Source of the DNA: Octopus sinensis
Taxonomy: Eukaryota
Direction of reading: 5' to 3'
NCBI RefSeq assembly: GCF_006345805.1
Contig: NC_043020.1
Coordinates: forward strand, 620,001 to 684,000
DNA: 64,000 bases
The notes beneath the pieces are model-generated. The model was not told where the DNA came from, searched no databases, and saw only the letters and a program-made list of their open reading frames with translations. This document shows positions 24,607 through 37,257 of the stretch, piece by piece (position 1 is the first letter of the stretch; every line of letters begins with the position of its first letter). A program made the translations under genes and the position numbers.

Positions 24607-25227
24607 ACAAAATGGTTTTCTTCATTGGTTTCATTTACAAGATTTACAAGTTTACAAAGCATTGATCAGTCCAAAGCTACAGTTGAATTCATACCATTGA
24701 AGTGGCACACATAGGTATCGAACTCAGAACTGCATGATTAAAAAACACAGTTATTAATAACAAAATGGTTTTCCACACTGGTTTCATTTAAAAGTTTACA
24801 AAACATTGGTCAATCCAAAGCTACAGTCGAATTCATACCCCTGAAGTGGCACACATAGGTATTGAACTCAGAACTGCGTGATTAAAAAACACAGTTATTA
24901 ATAACAAAATGGTTTTCCCCACTGGTTTCATTTACAAGATTTACAAGTCCCCGTAACTTAGCAGTTCGGCAAAAGAGAACAATAGAATAAGTACTAGGCT
25001 TACAAAGAATAAGTCCTGGGGTTGATTTCCTCAACTAAAAAAGGCGGTGCTCCAGCATGACCACAGTCAAATGACTGAAACAAGTGAATGAGTAAGTTAA
25101 CAAAACATTGGTCAATCCAAAGCTACATTCGAATACATACCCCTGAAGTAGCACACATAGGTATTGAACTCAGAACTGCATGATTTAAAAAGCACAGTTA
25201 TTAATAACACAGCCATGCTTGCACCTG
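24607..25227. repeat. Tandem triplication of an ~145-153 bp unit; third unit split by a family A SINE 3' fragment (24947-25093)
   Basis: Units start acaaaatggtttt at 24607, 24760 and 24904; aagt flanks the SINE insert on both sides. Confidence 0.88.
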
Positions 25228-25771
25228 CATACGAGTAATTAAAATAAGCAAAAAAAAAAACAAAAAAACAATTAAAAGCAGATTAACTGTCGACAAAGTT
25301 AACTTTCTCTCATTTCTTCTTGATTAACAAACACAATATAAAACAGTTTATTGTTCAGACAATATACACTTGTTTCATGAATAAAGATATTAAAAATCCT
25401 CATTAAAAGCCGCATATATCAAATTATATAGTTTTACTCAATGTATTTGAAGAATATTTCATTTTCTATATTTTAATGAATGTCACCTGATGTGGTAAAG
25501 AATTCAGTGTGGTCGTTAGCTCATATGAAATTCAAATGAAGCCAAAAGCCAAAAAAATAAAATATATGTATTATGTTATATTTTGCTGTGCTCCAAATTT
25601 TGAGACAGCCATTGTTGAAAAGATAGAACAGACACAGTTAGGAAATGGTGGAAGAAGCAAGACCATTCCGTGGTTCGAATACATTGATCAGGAATGATTA
25701 GAAAGTATTCTGTTTAAAAGAATACTTCTAAATCACCATGCTTCTTTCTTTCTTTTTTTCTGGCTCGTACA

Positions 25772-25811
<40 letters not shown>

Positions 25812-25887
25812 ATAATTAATTCTTCAAATCTCAGAACTTGTGCCTACAGTAGAAATGATTATTATTATTATTAAACTTTTACAAGTA

Positions 25888-26280
25888 GGTGTAGGAGTGG
25901 CTGTGTGGTAAGTAGCTTGCTTACCAACCACATGCTTCCAGGTTCAGTCCCACTGCATGGCACCTTGGGAAAGTGTCTTCTACTATAGCCTCGAGCTGAT
26001 CAAAGCCTTGTGAGTGGATTTGGTAGACGGAAACTGAAAGAAGCCCGTCGTATACATGTATACGTATATATATGTGTGTGTGTGTCTGTGTTTGTCCCCA
26101 CCAACATCACTTGACAATCGATGCTGGTGTGTTTACGTCCCTGTAACTTAGCGGTTCGGCAAAAGAGACCGATAGTATAAGTACTAGGCTTACAAAGAAT
26201 AAGTCGTGGGGTCGATTTGCTCGACTAAAGGCGGTGCTCCAGTATGGCCACACTCAAAATGACTGAAACAAGTAAAAGAG
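25888..26280 (+). mobile_element. Family A SINE, full length
   Basis: ggtgtaggagtggctgtgtgg through caagtaaaagag. Confidence 0.92.
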
Positions 26281-27205
26281 CAAGTAAACGATGGACAATC
26301 TGATGAAGGCTAACAAACCAGAACTTTGAAGTCAGTCACCTCTCTACTTGTAAAAGTTGAACAAACATGTCTACTGAAAAGTATTGAATGATTCTTCATG
26401 ATAATGTTAAATTGCTTTATTGTTTTCATATGTAACTTGACATAAAAAACACACACACACACACATATATGGATCTGCATAAAAATAAATGAAGTTTGAA
26501 GAACTCAATACATGGGTATAGTGTGGAGTGTTAATTTCATTTTAAACTGAAACAACATATATTGTGATAGCTTCGCATTTTATCAATTTTTAAGCAATCA
26601 GTTTAATGAGACAATTTTATATTACAGTCTAAACTACAAAACCCCCCAAACAAACATATTTAAAACACAAAAACTATTTGATGTAGTCAAAACTTTATTA
26701 TATAAGTTTGTATGTATGTGTATATACATTGCGTACATGTGTGTGCAGTTGCTTTTTTTTTCTTCATGTTCAGGAAAAGCAAATCTATATAAAAATTAGT
26801 TTTACTGAGAATAAGTGAGAGAGAGAATGTATGCATTTGTGTGTGTGTGTGGTGTGTGTGTGTGTGTGTGTGTGTGTTTTGAAAGCATGACTATAGTTTT
26901 ATTTTGGTCGAGTTATTGTCTGGTCTTTTTTTCTTTTCAACCTTTGGAGTTTTACTTTCTATTTTACTGTTAAAACTATAAAATATTGTCCAATATTTTG
27001 TCAACACATTACACTGTCTCCTAACCTACTCACCCCACTTTTCCTCTGCTCTGTTATTCCTCCCATATCATGTCTACCCTGCATGTTTTATTGTGCTACT
27101 GGCATTAAAGAATTTGTCAATGGTACAAATAAAGCAGGAGTCGTCAAACCAGGGTAAACTACCCCAAGTGGGGTAAAAATGAAATTTTTGTGGGTAATAA
27201 GGACT

Positions 27206-27455
27206 CATCATCATCATCATCGTTTAGCGTCCGCTTTCCATGCTAGCATGGGTTGGATGGTTCAACTGGGGTCTGGGAAGCCAGAAGGCTGCACCAGGCC
27301 CAGTCTGATCTGGCAATGTTTCTACGGCTGGATGCCCTTCCTAATGCCAACCACTCCGTGAGTGTAGTGGGTGCTTTTTACGTGCCACCAGCTCAGGTGC
27401 CAGATGAGGCTGGCAAACGGCCACGATCGAATGGTGCTTTTTACATGCCACCAAC
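27206..27455 (-). mobile_element. Family C repeat (RTE-like 3' tail ending in (GAT)n)
   Basis: catcatcatcgtttagcgtccgctttccatgctagcatggg...ggatgcccttcctaatgccaacc; homologues at 37979, 40404, 46606, 55200. Confidence 0.85.
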
Positions 27456-28412
27456 ATAAATAAAATTATATAAAAAACATGTTCCTTGTTGTGACAGAAA
27501 TTTTTCTTCTAGCAGCCCTGCATCTGTGCAATGTAATGGATATGCTTAGGAGACATCATACCATTTTGAACTACAAACAATTTGGTTACTAAGGCATTGT
27601 CAAGTGACTAAACAGATATTATTTGTCAGTTGTCTATTACCTACCTTAACCTTATTTTTTGACACATATTTTTGCTTGATGTAGATTTAAGTAGTTATTT
27701 AATTCAACCCTTTAACAAAATCGATTGGACCCCCAGAGACTGTATCCACATTGCTCTGGCATCAAAATGCCCCAATTTTGATGTAATTGTAAAGAAAACC
27801 TCAAGTGAAAAAGTTTCTAGAAAAATCCCTTTGTTTCATAATGAGAATATTGATTTATTTTATCACATTTGTTTGATACTTTTTACATTTATACTTGTAT
27901 TTTTTTTCATCTAGTTTCAGCTCAGGAACTGTGGCCATGCTGGAGCACCGCCATTATTCTGTATATAAATAGATTCGATAAACCTTTTGAATTTAAAGAA
28001 TCTATGATTTTCTTCTTTTCAAATCGAGGGGGTAGCGTTGGTATAGATAGCTAAATTTGATTTAAAATGTTAGAGAAACAAACTTAGCTGTTTCTTACTA
28101 TAAATACCAATACATATGTCTAGGGCTAAATTGTGGATTCCCAATTTAATATTTTGTTGCATGGACCCCCAAAATCTTATATGAAGCCCCGTTGAGAACC
28201 ACAGCTTTCTGTTTATTGCTTTGCTCAGTCTGATAAAAAAATTAGCTGTCAAATCTTCCTCTAATTACACCTTCTTATTGTAAAAGAAACAAAGAATGCA
28301 TTTGATGTCCTAAATACCTGATGACTTCCCACCCACCACAGAAACCAGTCAGGGCTTACCTGGGGTTAAGCAATCCCTCATAATTTTTGAATAGGCAACA
28401 CTTTAGTTATAT

Positions 28413-28823
28413 GGCGAGCTGGCAGAAACGTTAGCACGCCGGGCGAAATGCGTAGCCGTATTTCATCTGCCGTTACGTTCTGAGTTCAAATTCCGCCGAG
28501 GTAGACTTTGTCATTCATCTTTTCGGGGTCGATAAATTAAGTACCAGTTACGCACTAGAGTCGATGTAATTGACTTAATCCGTTCGTCTGTCCTTGTTTG
28601 TCCCCTCTATGTTTAGCCCCTTGTGGGCAATAAAGAAATAGGTATTTCGTCTGCTGTTACGTTCTGAGTTCAAATTCTGCCGAGGTCGACTTTCTCTTTC
28701 ATCCTTTCGGGGTCGATAAATTAAGTACCAGTTACGCACTGGAGTCGATGTAATTGACTTAATCCATTTGTCTGTCCTTGTTTGTCCCCTCTATGTTTAG
28801 CCCCTTGTGGGCAATAAAGAAAT
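28413..28823 (+). mobile_element. Family B SINE with tandem body duplication (junction at 28641)
   Basis: The first unit ends aataaagaaata and restarts ggtatttcgtctg; the two bodies are nearly identical. Confidence 0.92.
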
Positions 28824-29117
28824 ATATATGCTATGTCGGTTGTTTTGATGAAAAATCTCAGGTTGTAGTAACGAGTGTAGTACATGAATATATAACCTAC
28901 ATTTGCAAAACGTGTCTAAGCCATACTCAGTGTCTGATTGCATCGTTTATATGTGTTTTTGAATGTTCACGTAAAAAAAAAGAAAGAAAAAGAAAAAAAA
29001 AACAAGAGAGAAATCTATAAAAATACAAAAAAAAGCAAAAAAAAAAAACCGTACAAAATTATCTATTAGCAATAATCATTGAAACAGTAGAAATTGTCTA
29101 CTTTCAAAAAAAAGAAC

Positions 29118-29158
<41 letters not shown>

Positions 29159-29166
29159 TAGTAATA

Positions 29167-29199
<33 letters not shown>

Positions 29200-29245
29200 T
29201 TGATGACGATGACGACGACGACGACGACGACTATTATTATTATTA

Positions 29246-29281
<36 letters not shown>

Positions 29282-29519
29282 AAGAAAGAGAAATAATAAC
29301 CCAGTTTTCAGCAGACAAAAAAAAAGAACAAGGCAAAATGCAGCACTATCAATTCTGCTACATTAGCAGGAACCGACCGCTTCCAGCTTCAGCTTGTGTC
29401 ATCAATACCAGATAGAAAATGTCATCACAACACATGAGGTAGGCCAAGGCCAAACAGCCAGTAGTATAATTTGAAACACAAAACTCCAAAATACCGAGAG
29501 AGTGTGTGATAAAAATACG

Positions 29520-29773
29520 CTTTAGTCACGTTTCAATATGGTGTGTCTCAAAGAAGAACTCTTGCTTTTCTTTTGTGTTGTTGTTTGGAGGGGTTTTTCT
29601 TTTCTAAACCCCTTTTTTTTTATAATTTGAATGTAGTCGTGATTGTGCTTATAGGAATAGAGGTATGAATGAGAGATTGTGTGCAACAAATATGTGTACA
29701 TATATGTATGTATATACATGTGTATATGCATGTATATATTTTTGTGTGTATATATGTGCGTGTGTGTGTGTCC

Positions 29774-29804
<31 letters not shown>

Positions 29805-30130
29805 TTATATATATATATATGTATACACATAGATTTTTGTGTGTGTATGTATAAATGTATGTATATACATATGTATAAGTACAGGTGTGTTATGTGTGTG
29901 TATATGTGTATATATGTGTGTATAAGTGTAGGTGTGTTATGTGTATATATATATATATATGTGTGTGTGTGTCTGTATATATGTGTATATATATATATAT
30001 ATGTATACACATAGTTTTTTGTGTGTGTATGTATAAATGTATGTATATACATATGTATAAGTACAGGTGTGTTACGTGTGTGTATATGTGTATATATGTG
30101 TGTATAAGTGTAGGTGTGTTATGTGTATAT

Positions 30131-30163
<33 letters not shown>

Positions 30164-30180
30164 AGATAGTTGTATATATG
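29520..30180. repeat. Compound (TA/TG) microsatellite with internal higher-order duplication
   Basis: Block tttttgtgtgtgtatgtataaatgtatgtatatacatatgtataagtacaggtgtgtta occurs at about 29833 and 30015. Confidence 0.85.
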
Positions 30181-31124
30181 TATTCATGGTAAAAGAAAAA
30201 GAAATCATTAATATGTAACTTTTTTTTCCATATTTTATCTTATTCTTGTGAACAGTTTTCTGATTACAAAAGAACATAATTCACGAACACCATACTGAGT
30301 GCTGTACTCATTGTTTCAGAGGGAGAGAGAGAATTCCTCTTTTTTTTTCCCTTTTTTTCCATTAATAAATAACCTCCCCATCATCATCATCATCATCATC
30401 ATCAATTCACAGTTACCTGGAAACTACTTTTTTGTAACTATGTTGCAGAAAGGAAATCTGTTTGCAAGTATAATTGAAGTTACATAGCTAACGGATAATA
30501 GTTCGCTTAACTGGAAAATAATTTTCGGTAACATCAAAAAGGGGGAAAGAGAACGAAATTGTTTTATTGTTGCCGCAGAAATAGTAAAATTAGAATACCA
30601 ATCTTGTTTATTGCACATCTGAAAATTCTGCTTACATTTTCTGAATTTGTTTTGTTTGTTATTTTTTTTTTTGAAATAAAAATTTGCCTTTTTTAAAAAT
30701 CACATTTTACACAATTTTTTTCGTGCACCTGTCTCTTGCATACCTTGTAGGATCTTTGGATGTACGGATACAAGCACAGGGTGAGAACATGTTAGTCATG
30801 ATGAGGATGATTCGTTACTTACTTAATTTTTTTTAACCTTCCATACCCCTCTCTCTCTCTCTCTCATGTTTTCTGTTGTACTATACAGGAAAGACATTTA
30901 ACTACTATGTCTAGCAGATAGAGCAGCATTTTTCAACTGGGGTTCCCCAGACCCCTGGGGTACCATGAGTAAAAGTGAGATAAACTAATGCTTAATTTTA
31001 TGATCGTAATATCACTATACATGCACAACATATTATTGGTTATTGTAATATAGACATCATTCCCTCTAACCTATTATGTTATCAAAAAAATATAACATCC
31101 ACATCCACATATATATATGTATGT

Positions 31125-31320
31125 ATATAAAGGGAAAGTTTACGAAAATAAACAAAAGATGAAGGCAAGTGGAGTACAAACAAACAAATGTATTAGTATA
31201 GTGCTCAGGAATAGAAAAAGTCTTTTACGTTTCGAGCCTACGCTCTTCGACAGAAAGGGACACAGAAAAAACAAGGAGAGAAAAAATGTGTGTAGGAGCT
31301 AATGATCTATCATGGCGTCC
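31125..31320 (-). mobile_element. PLE-terminus-like repeat family E with minimal hammerhead variant at 31222-31257
   Basis: Minus strand: CUUU-CUGUCGA-A-GAGC(GUAG)GCUC-GAAAC-GU-A-AAAG; second copy at 61740-61915 (+). Confidence 0.7.
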
Positions 31321-31889
31321 TGTATATATATATATGTATATATGATATTTACTTCATGAACTATGATGAAAAATATGTGAAAGATATGGTATGATTAAGG
31401 CTAAAGAATTCTTAGATCACAGGTCTGCCTGCTCAAAGACTGACTTGAGATTAAATAAGAACAACAGCTGGACCCATTGAAACCACGTTGACATAGAAAA
31501 ACAGCATGTTAAACCAATTAAGTGACACCTATAGGAATTCCAGATTTTTAAAATTGTTCTTATTTCTACATTGTTGCATAGACCTTTATAACACTGTTTC
31601 ATTATATTAACTATTTCAGTTATGTCGACAACTTCATTCCATAGCTAAGCTATATTATACTTTATTGTAAGATTCAGAGTTATTTCATTAAGTTAAATAT
31701 TTCAGTCATGTCTTTGATTACACGCCATAGTTAAGATTAATACAACTATAATACATAGCATATTAAGCAGATAATTAGTACATCGTTAATATCTTGTGTT
31801 TTTCTGATTATAATAATAAACATTTGTTGGACTGGAGTTAGTTTTGGTAACGAGTTTTGGAGAAAATACCTGTACAATTTATAGTGGTA

Positions 31890-32140
31890 TTAGTTGTGAT
31901 GTTAATTAAGTCGTGATGTTGGATTATTGGTTGTGATGTTGCTTAGCTGGTCGTGATGTAGCACTGGTGGTTGTAATGTTGGATGAGTAGTTGTGATGCT
32001 TGTTTGGTGATTGTAATGTTGGATTTATAATTGAGATGTTGGCTTGACAGTTGTGATGTTGGATTGGTGATTGCAACATTGGTTAGGTGGTTGTGATGTT
32101 GGTTTAGTTGTTGCGATGTTTGTTTGGCAGTTGTGACGTT
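31890..32140. repeat. Degenerate ~21-bp minisatellite (ggttgtgatgttggatt...)
   Basis: Recurrent gttgtgatgtt motif, roughly 10 or more units. Confidence 0.7.
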
Positions 32141-32379
32141 GGTTAATCAACAAGCCGTCATTCTGTAACCCTGTTTTTCCTTGTAGTTCTTCAACATCGT
32201 AATTAAATTCTTCAGATAGAGGGAGGCTTGATGATATCTGGAAAGCCAAGTTTTGGGGTCACTCACACCTCATCCTACAGATCAGCTTGACCAGAGCTAA
32301 CCATGGGGCTACCCAAAAATAATCATTAATAAATTATTTTACTTTTATATAAGGAAACACATACAAGCACATGCAAACA

Positions 32380-32760
32380 TTCTCTTTCTCTCTTCTTCTC
32401 TCTCTCTTTCTCTCTCTCTTTCCCTCCTCCCTCTCGCTCCTTCTCTCTCTCTCTTCCTCTCTCTCCTCCTTCTCTCTCTCCTCTTTCTCTCTCTCTCCTC
32501 TCTCTCTCTTCCTCCCCCTCTCTCTCTCTCTCCTCTCCTCTCTCTCTCCTCTCCTCCTCTCTCTCTCTCTCTTTCTCTTTCTCTCTCTCTCCTCTCTCTT
32601 CCCTCCTTCTCTCTCTCTTCTCTCTCCTCCCTCTCTCTTCTCTCCATCTCTCTCTTCTCTCCTTATCTTCTCTTCTCTCTCTCTCCTCTCTCTCTTTCTC
32701 TCTCTTTCTTTCTCTTTCTCTCTTTTTTCTCTCTCTCTCCCTCTCTTCCTCTCTCTCTCG
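32380..32760. repeat. (CT)-rich polypyrimidine microsatellite
   Basis: Seen directly; source of the R/E-rich and S/L-rich ORFs. Confidence 0.95.
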
Positions 32761-33462
32761 CATTAAGTGGAGAATTATTTATAAATAACAAGATATCATT
32801 AAAAAAATCAAAGTAGTGTTTATATTTGCCATGTTCTGCATTCTAATTATCCTCTGATTCCCAAGAAAGTGTTCATGCTATATTCTTTCACCTTAGTGCT
32901 ATTTTGCCCATCCGTATTTGCCCACCACATTTATTGTCTCCTTAAAAATTGATGGTTGCAATTTTTTCTTTCCTTTTTTTTTTGGAAATCTTTATTTAAA
33001 ATTATATTTTATCATTACATACATACCACACATACTCATACACACACCACACAAATAATATATACACACATATACATACATATATATGAATATATAAATT
33101 CATACACACACACACACAAATGTGTATGTATGATAAAACATTTCTTTGAAAAGAACAAAATTTTTTCATCAAAGCTAAGAAGAATTGTTTTTGTTACATT
33201 ATCATCACCACTACCACCACCACCACCACCACCACCATCATCATCATCAATATTTTTTTTTCTTTCAAAAAAAAAAACATCTTTTTTTTTTCATCCTGTT
33301 TTTGAAATTAAATTAAAATCATTTATCTTATTTTCCATCGCTAAATATTTGCAAACTCTGAATTCCCAAAGATTTAAGATTTTGTAAATTGATTTAAAAA
33401 CAAAAAATTTTGTTCTTTTTTTTTCTTAATTTTAATTTTTGAAAAATAAATTCACATTCTTC

Positions 33463-33522
<60 letters not shown>

Positions 33523-34729
33523 TATTACAATTTTCTTTATTTTATTTCCAGGCTGTCCTCTTAGCTTATGTCTCAATTTTTGGATTAACAGGTTTAACAC
33601 AGTAAGTAATACAACCTTATTTCAATTTCCAAATGAAATCTTATTTATTTCTAAATTAATACAAAATGCCTAAGCGACCTAGGTTTATCATTTGTTGTCG
33701 TTTTCTGCTGTTATTTTATATTTTTTGTTGAATTTTTTGTTTTTGTTTTTAATTTCCCTTTAAATCCATTGTGAACTGTGTTTCACTTTTTCTCTCTTCA
33801 GATGTAAGCTATAATTTAATTAAAGGAATCAATTAAGTTGTGTTTCTAAAAGATTGATAAAATTTTACGAATTTTTATTCGCAACAGAGAAAAACAAAAA
33901 CAAAAACAAAGAAAAGAAATTTTAACACTTTCTAAAATTACTATTTAAAAAAACAAAAATTCTGTTGAATGGCATTTTTCAATGTTGGAAACTATTGCAG
34001 TGTGGTGTGTGTGTGTGTGTGTACATTGCATGTGCTTATGTGTTATATTACAAAATTTATGAAAATATTTTCCCCTCCCCTTATATTGGCCATGTTATAA
34101 AACTGATAGAATGTCAGGTGATAAAGGAAGACCACAAGAATAAATTTTATGCCCACGCACATATATATCACTTTGTGTGCACACATATATCACTGTATCA
34201 ATTGGATGTTGTTATACATCGCTGGTCACAATGCACTTCTTTGCATTGTTGTACCTTTAGAATGATTGCCCTCTGAACAGAGCACCAGTCTGTTGCAGGG
34301 TTAGCCATTTACTGTTGGATGGACTGGAACAACGTGAAATGAAGAACACTACACATCACTGCCTGTCTAGGAATTAAAATCACAATCATGTGATTGTGAG
34401 TGCAACATCCTAACTACCTTCACACACACACTCACACACATGTATGTATTGTATCTTGGGAGGGTCATCATGCCAATAATAAACACGTGCACTGGTTCTA
34501 TTTCACTTCTTTTATTACTTTTTAGAATCATTCCATGTGATAATTATAGCCATAATGACCCTCCCAAGCTACAACAATATCTGTTCCAACTCTGATGCTT
34601 ACATCAAGAATCTTACAATCCAAATACAAAAACAATCCATCCATCCATCTATCTATTTAAAAAGATAAGAGATTTTATGTGTGTAAATTTACATTAAAGC
34701 AAAATGAAAATTTCAACAAAATGTCAATA

Positions 34730-34912
34730 CAGTTCTATATTTAAGAGATGAGGAATTATGTACATTATTTACATTATTTACATTATGTACATTATTTACA
34801 TTATTTACATTATTTACATTTGATGGATATTTATCCTCATCTTGTTTGTTGTTCACACAACATTTCGGCTGATATATCCTCCAGCCTTCATCAGGTGTCT
34901 TGGGGAAATTTC
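34730..34912 (-). mobile_element. Single-arm copy of the 21.3-kb hammerhead family; HHR motif at 34855-34898
   Basis: Shares terminal cagttctatatttaagag...gaattatgtacatt; minus strand ACAC-CUGAUGA-A-GGCUG(10)CAGCC-GAAAU-GU-U-GUGU; 9-bp tacattatt unit expanded. Confidence 0.8.
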
Positions 34913-35143
34913 TTCCCTCTTTACATTATGAGTTAAAGCTTCGTTGAGGTCGTCTTTGGGGGGTCAGTAAAATAAGTACCAGTAATCAACTCACCCCACC
35001 TTCCCTGAAAATTGATGGCTTTGTGCCCTAATTTGAAGCCAATATTTCTGTTACTTTAATATATCTTGTCTGTCTGTCTGTCTGTCTCTCTATGTTATGT
35101 ATATGAGGTGAAGCAAAAATGTTGTCAATCATGTTCTATTATA

Positions 35144-35366
35144 TATTTCTTTACTACTCACAAGGGCTAAATACAGGGAACAAAAAGGACAGACAAACAG
35201 ATTAAGTCATTTATATATCGACCCGTGCATAACTGGTACTTATTTAATCGACCCTTAAGGAATGAAAGGCAAATCGACCTCGGCGGAATTTGAACTCAGA
35301 ACGAGCGCAGACGAAATACCGCTAAACATTTCGCCCAGCGTGCTAACGTTTCTGCCACTCACCGCC
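35144..35366 (-). mobile_element. Family B SINE
   Basis: tatttctttactactcacaaggg...gaaaggcaaatcgacctcggcggaatttgaactcag...ctaacgtttctgcc. Confidence 0.88.
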
Positions 35367-35398
35367 CATATTCTATTAATATTCTCTCTCCCTCCTCC

Positions 35399-35452
<54 letters not shown>

Positions 35453-37037
35453 ATATAATATATATATAATATATATGTGTGGTGTGTGTTGTGTGTGTGT
35501 GTGTGTATATTTCTGCACATACATATGTGTGTGCTTTTACCCCATTGCAAAAAAGCACTGCCTCCAAAAACAAGCTGAATGTCTAGTCAACCGTGTCCAA
35601 TCCTCAGCACCCAAACAGTTGTCCCCCCACCCCACCCCCAATCATCAACATTCCTCCAGAATCCCTGTTACCGTTCCCTACTCTGATTTCATCATGTATG
35701 CTTATCTCCGTTCCCACCGATTCAACCAATTCGTTGCAGCCACGCCAGTGAGACTCTTCCCCCTCACCCTTACCACTACCACCACCTCCTCTTCTCTTCT
35801 GCAGTTCAATCATTTCTGATGATCTGAAACTAATTGCTACTGCATTTATAAAAGTTTCCCTCCCCATCTTTTGAATAATCAAAGCAACACAGACTTCGAT
35901 TTAATCAATTTAGCTGTTTTACCTGTCTATCATACTGTGTAGCTTTACAAACATTTTTTTCTTTTTTTTTTTTTTTTTCCTCCCTGTCTTTCCTCTGCAA
36001 TTTTATTCTCGGTTGTTTGCAAACACTGACCATCATATCAGAGTTCATATTGTTACACCAAGATCTACTACCATTACGAATCAACATCTAGCGCTCGCTG
36101 ACTGCTTCTCACGAAGACTCAATGTGCTTCATCCTTTTGTCTGCTCATCTACCTGTCTGACAGGTAGATGGCAGCAGTCCACTTTCAAAGCTTGTAAAAC
36201 ATTGCAAGTACCTTTTAATTACGCAAATCATGTTCAGAAATCTTTACCTATTTCATTCTTGTTTCAATATGCATGAAATGAATACAATTTCCTAGACAAA
36301 TATCTTTTCAAATGGTATTATGCTGTTATGCTGACCTCATTTGTCAGTATTAAAATTTCCCGCAATTGTACGAGTCCCTTGTGGACACATGCTATTTGCT
36401 GGTCTTTATTAGCTGAGTCAGTAATTATCCAGTTTGTGTGTGTGAGTGTGTGTGTGTGTGTGTGTGTGTTGTGTGTGTGTGTGTGGTGTGTGTGTGTGTG
36501 TGTGTGTGTGTGAATAGCATATGCATGCAAACACAGCAATATTTTCTTTTTCCCCTCTCTATTTTTTTGTCTTTTTTTTTTGTTTTTGTTTTTGTTCATA
36601 GGGTAATTAATTAATAACTTCGTAATTATCTGGATCTGACCAATCCTACTTAAAGGCTGCTGGGATATTTTCCTGACAGCCAGCCTGAAAGAGAGCAGCG
36701 AGAGAGGGGGGTGTGATGCTAATATAAACCAAACTCCTGCTAATGTTTGTATTCCAATCGAACTGACCCTAATATCCCATCCATGGCTGTCAACACAATG
36801 TTTAATTAATGAGAGGAACTTGTTAATAAGGAGTAGGTGGTAGGAGTGGCCGTGATGTTGGAGGGATTAATTGTTAGGGTGATAGGTCACTGACTCTGAT
36901 ACTTCATTCAACCACCATGTGTTCAGACTCCCCTATAAATATTAGGATATATATATATATTTGTTTACCCACTTCCCTCTCCCCTCTCCCTCTCTCTCAC
37001 ACGCACACACAGACACACACACAGCATGGACCATTAA

Positions 37038-37257
37038 TCCTTTCGTTACCAACCTGACTGAAACTGGCCTTGGCTCTGAATACAAATGACTTGTTTTCAT
37101 AAGTTTTGAATTAAAATCTTCCACCAAACCTTAGTCACAATTTATGTTCCTAACACTAGCTGAATGATAACTAAGTTATTTTACTAAATTCTTGGTTATA
37201 TTTAAAGTAATTGAAAGAAACAGAGAGCATCTCAAAATAAATACAGTAATGAAAGGG
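37038..37257. mobile_element. piggyBac-like MITE (TTAA target)
   Basis: TTAA at 37034-37037 and 37258-37261; TIRs TCCTTTCGTTAC vs reverse-complement CCCTTTCATTAC (10/12). Confidence 0.78.

Noticed and set aside
27700-28205. Further hAT MITE suggested by ggacccc...gttgagaaccacag
   Set aside because: Only one terminus is recognisable and there is no TSD; similar single-end fragments at about 27135 and 30925 were also left uncalled.
32326-32766. R/E-rich 145-aa and S/L-rich 131-aa ORFs
   Set aside because: Pure (GA/CT) low-complexity tract.
35604-35882. 92-aa Gly-rich ORF (-) in unique DNA
   Set aside because: No recognisable motif; Gly/Glu content is explained by purine-rich composition; no convincing splice signals.
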